Shown here: positions 61,906 through 64,000 of the stretch, piece after piece
Position numbering within the stretch: the stretch's first letter is position 1
How the letters are laid out: each line of letters opens with the position of its first letter
Source of the DNA: Macrostomum hystrix
Lineage: Eukaryota; Animalia; Platyhelminthes
Assembly: GCA_950097015.1 (NCBI GenBank)
Contig: CATNEN010000009.1
Span: 186,001-250,000 of the forward strand
Reading direction: 5' to 3'
DNA length: 64,000 nucleotides
Position numbers and translations under genes: made by a program
Notes under the pieces: model-generated
Seen by the model: the letters and a program-made list of their open reading frames with translations, nothing else
What the model was told of the DNA's origin: nothing
Database searches by the model: none

Positions 61906-63716
61906 CACGATAAGCTTTCTATAAAATTCGTTCAAGCAACATGTTTTGCAATATATATTAAGAGAACAGCATTGGATCTGCTTCGATTAAAAAGTTTTCA
62001 ACATTTTAATGTGAAAAGGTGAACATTTCCTTTCTCGTTAGTGCGCCTTTAATAATTTTCCAAGAAACAAAGTGTCCCCTTTCTTTTTCTAGTGGTCCAA
62101 GAATATGGAATTATAGACTAACAATTATTTAAGTGGTTATATAGAGGAAAAACCACATATCAGGTCTCATGAGAGTGGTGTGACATATTATGTCAGCAAC
62201 CGTGTGGAGTACTAAATCAAAGGTGACTGGGCACTGTGATTGGCTCAGGCTAGATCTCGCATGGCTTCTCTCAAATTTTTCCACTTTGAACCCCTTTCAA
62301 CCCTCCCCTCTCCACTACTGGTATTTTAATCACCAGAATTTAATAAGGCACATTGGCGGGAGCCGTGCAGAAGTTGTGAGGTGGTGTCGACAAAAGCATC
62401 GAGCACAAAGTTTCTGCTGTTAAGCTAAAATATATGAATTCCTTAGTTGGCTATAGATTCTTGATTTAATACTCTGTTTTAACTGTTGTGGAAGTGAATG
62501 ATGGTTCCTCAGGATCAATCCTAGATACTCGGACATAGCAATTTCTGTGCCTGCCTGCTCAGTGACGTTGCTCAGTTGCTCACTTAGACACGATGCCAAA
62601 AACCAAGCCGTCTGCAGTAAAAAGCCGGAATTCACCGAAATGTCATTTTTCTCTTTTTCTCACATTACGAGTACAAATAATGCACGAGGCGAATCTGCCT
62701 GGTTCTTCTCAGGACAAAGCAAATTGACAAGACACGTTTCGCTTTTAAACATCTGAAATACTCAATGTACATGGATTTTACAGCTCATTACACTGATAAA
62801 GTTGTAAGTAAAAGTATACTCGTAGAATCAAGCAGTTAATGAGCGTTAGTGTAGTGACTTTGATAATTCAGCCGTGCCAGGATAGCAGATTTCGAAGGCC
62901 AGTCACTGGATGACGCTCACTCCAATGCTGGCCCTATAGACCTGCGCTTCAGACAATTTCAGTCACGCGCTTTGAGTTTGAGTCGCAGAAGTTAAACGAG
63001 AAATATGCTAACTCTAATGAGGCTAAATATTCAAATTTTCATTCGCAAGATTGAGACTGAGTCTCTGACTTGTATCTCGCGGCTGCCATTCCTTCGGGAA
63101 CTAATTAATTGGTTTATCGATCGCATGCAGCCTTAAGATATCTATATTAGTATCCTAAATGTCTGATTCATACCAACGACTCATGGGGCATCGAATTCCA
63201 AGGCATTATAGTCTATTTATAGAAGATCGAGTTAGAGTTATAGTAACGTTTTCCTGACTGTCCTTTTGTACCCACACCCACACCCACACGGTATGGACAT
63301 CAGAACCAAATATTCTGTATGGCTGTTATTTTAAATATACGAGTAGTGTGTGTACATGCTGTAGACTGGATCGAAATCGTGCCTAGAAATTAGAGTCCGA
63401 TTAGAGTTCGAGTTGGATTCTTTCGAACAAGCAGCAAGGTGACACGAATTATTCTTTCCACTATTGCTACTGAGACAGCATTGATAATTTACCTTGCTTG
63501 GTTGCATCGGTGCTGCAAGCAATTAAATTGTTTTGAATTTTGTCCTAGAACTGTTCCGAAAATTAGCCCACCTATGTTTCTAATTGGACAATAAGCCCAG
63601 CCAATAGATTTTCTTCTTTCCCTTTCTACAAAGCCTTACTTTCGATGTCCCCATTCTTCCGATGATTTGCGACCACAAAATTCGGCAGCATCGCCTTTTA
63701 ACCCATTTCTCCAACA

Positions 63717-63950
63717 ATGCCCATGCAGCTACCGCGTCTCATGCTTCCATTGCTCCTTGTTGCCCTCGCCATGGAGTGCAGGGGCAACAGGACAGCGGTG
63801 AATGTGCTAAATATGTGTACTCTGACCCGCCGCGGAGACACTAGGTCCTATGAATACGCCATGAATGCTTTTTTGCCTATGATCAATAACTTAACAAACC
63901 TATTTCCCGACTTTTATCTGGTCATTCACCAGGTGGCTTGCGCTCTAGAT
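63717..63950 (+). CDS. First coding exon of a secreted or membrane protein, possibly with a Venus-flytrap (ANF-receptor) ectodomain; gene continues beyond the window
   Basis: MPMQLPRLMLPLLLVALAMECRG signal peptide, then ...AMNAFLPMINNLTNLFPDFYLVIHQVACALD and a gtaaga donor in phase 0. Missing from the ORF track because the frame has no stop before the window end. Confidence 0.55.
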
Positions 63951-64000
63951 GTAAGATTATTTCTTCGTGAGAATTCACGTGAAATCTCATATGAAATTAT

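Overview
Eukaryotic (metazoan) genomic DNA with GC-rich exons, short GT-AG introns, about 20 minisatellite arrays and a (CCCTAA)5 tract. By inference it comes from a Macrostomum-like free-living flatworm. Gene models were assembled by hand from splice sites and reading phase. In order they are: a 95-aa secreted peptide precursor (+, absent from the ORF track), a BCL11-like zinc-finger factor (-), a small claudin/PMP22-like tetraspan (+), a membrane-progestin-receptor-type PAQR (-), HOATZ (+), an ADAR1-type deaminase with Z-DNA/RNA-binding domains (-), a 14-exon ERICH6/FAM194-like gene (+), a MYND-finger gene and Ran (both -, possibly an operon), and the first exon of a secreted or receptor protein at the right edge. 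There are also a Gypsy 3' remnant and an RNase-H-bearing non-LTR remnant. Most long repetitive ORFs in the track are artefacts of minisatellites. Three signals stand out. (1) The octamer TACTCGTA/TACGAGTA occurs at least 26 times, about 10-fold above a rough expectation, and inside one minisatellite it is visibly a TA -> TA-CTCG-TA insertion, like a transposon excision footprint. (2) Many intronic minisatellite units are complete copies of splice signals (AG|GT ratchet points, whole mini-introns, symmetric micro-exons, stacked acceptors). (3) The peptide precursor ends in a cationic, disulfide-looped 15-mer, NCSWVPKFRKYICDY.
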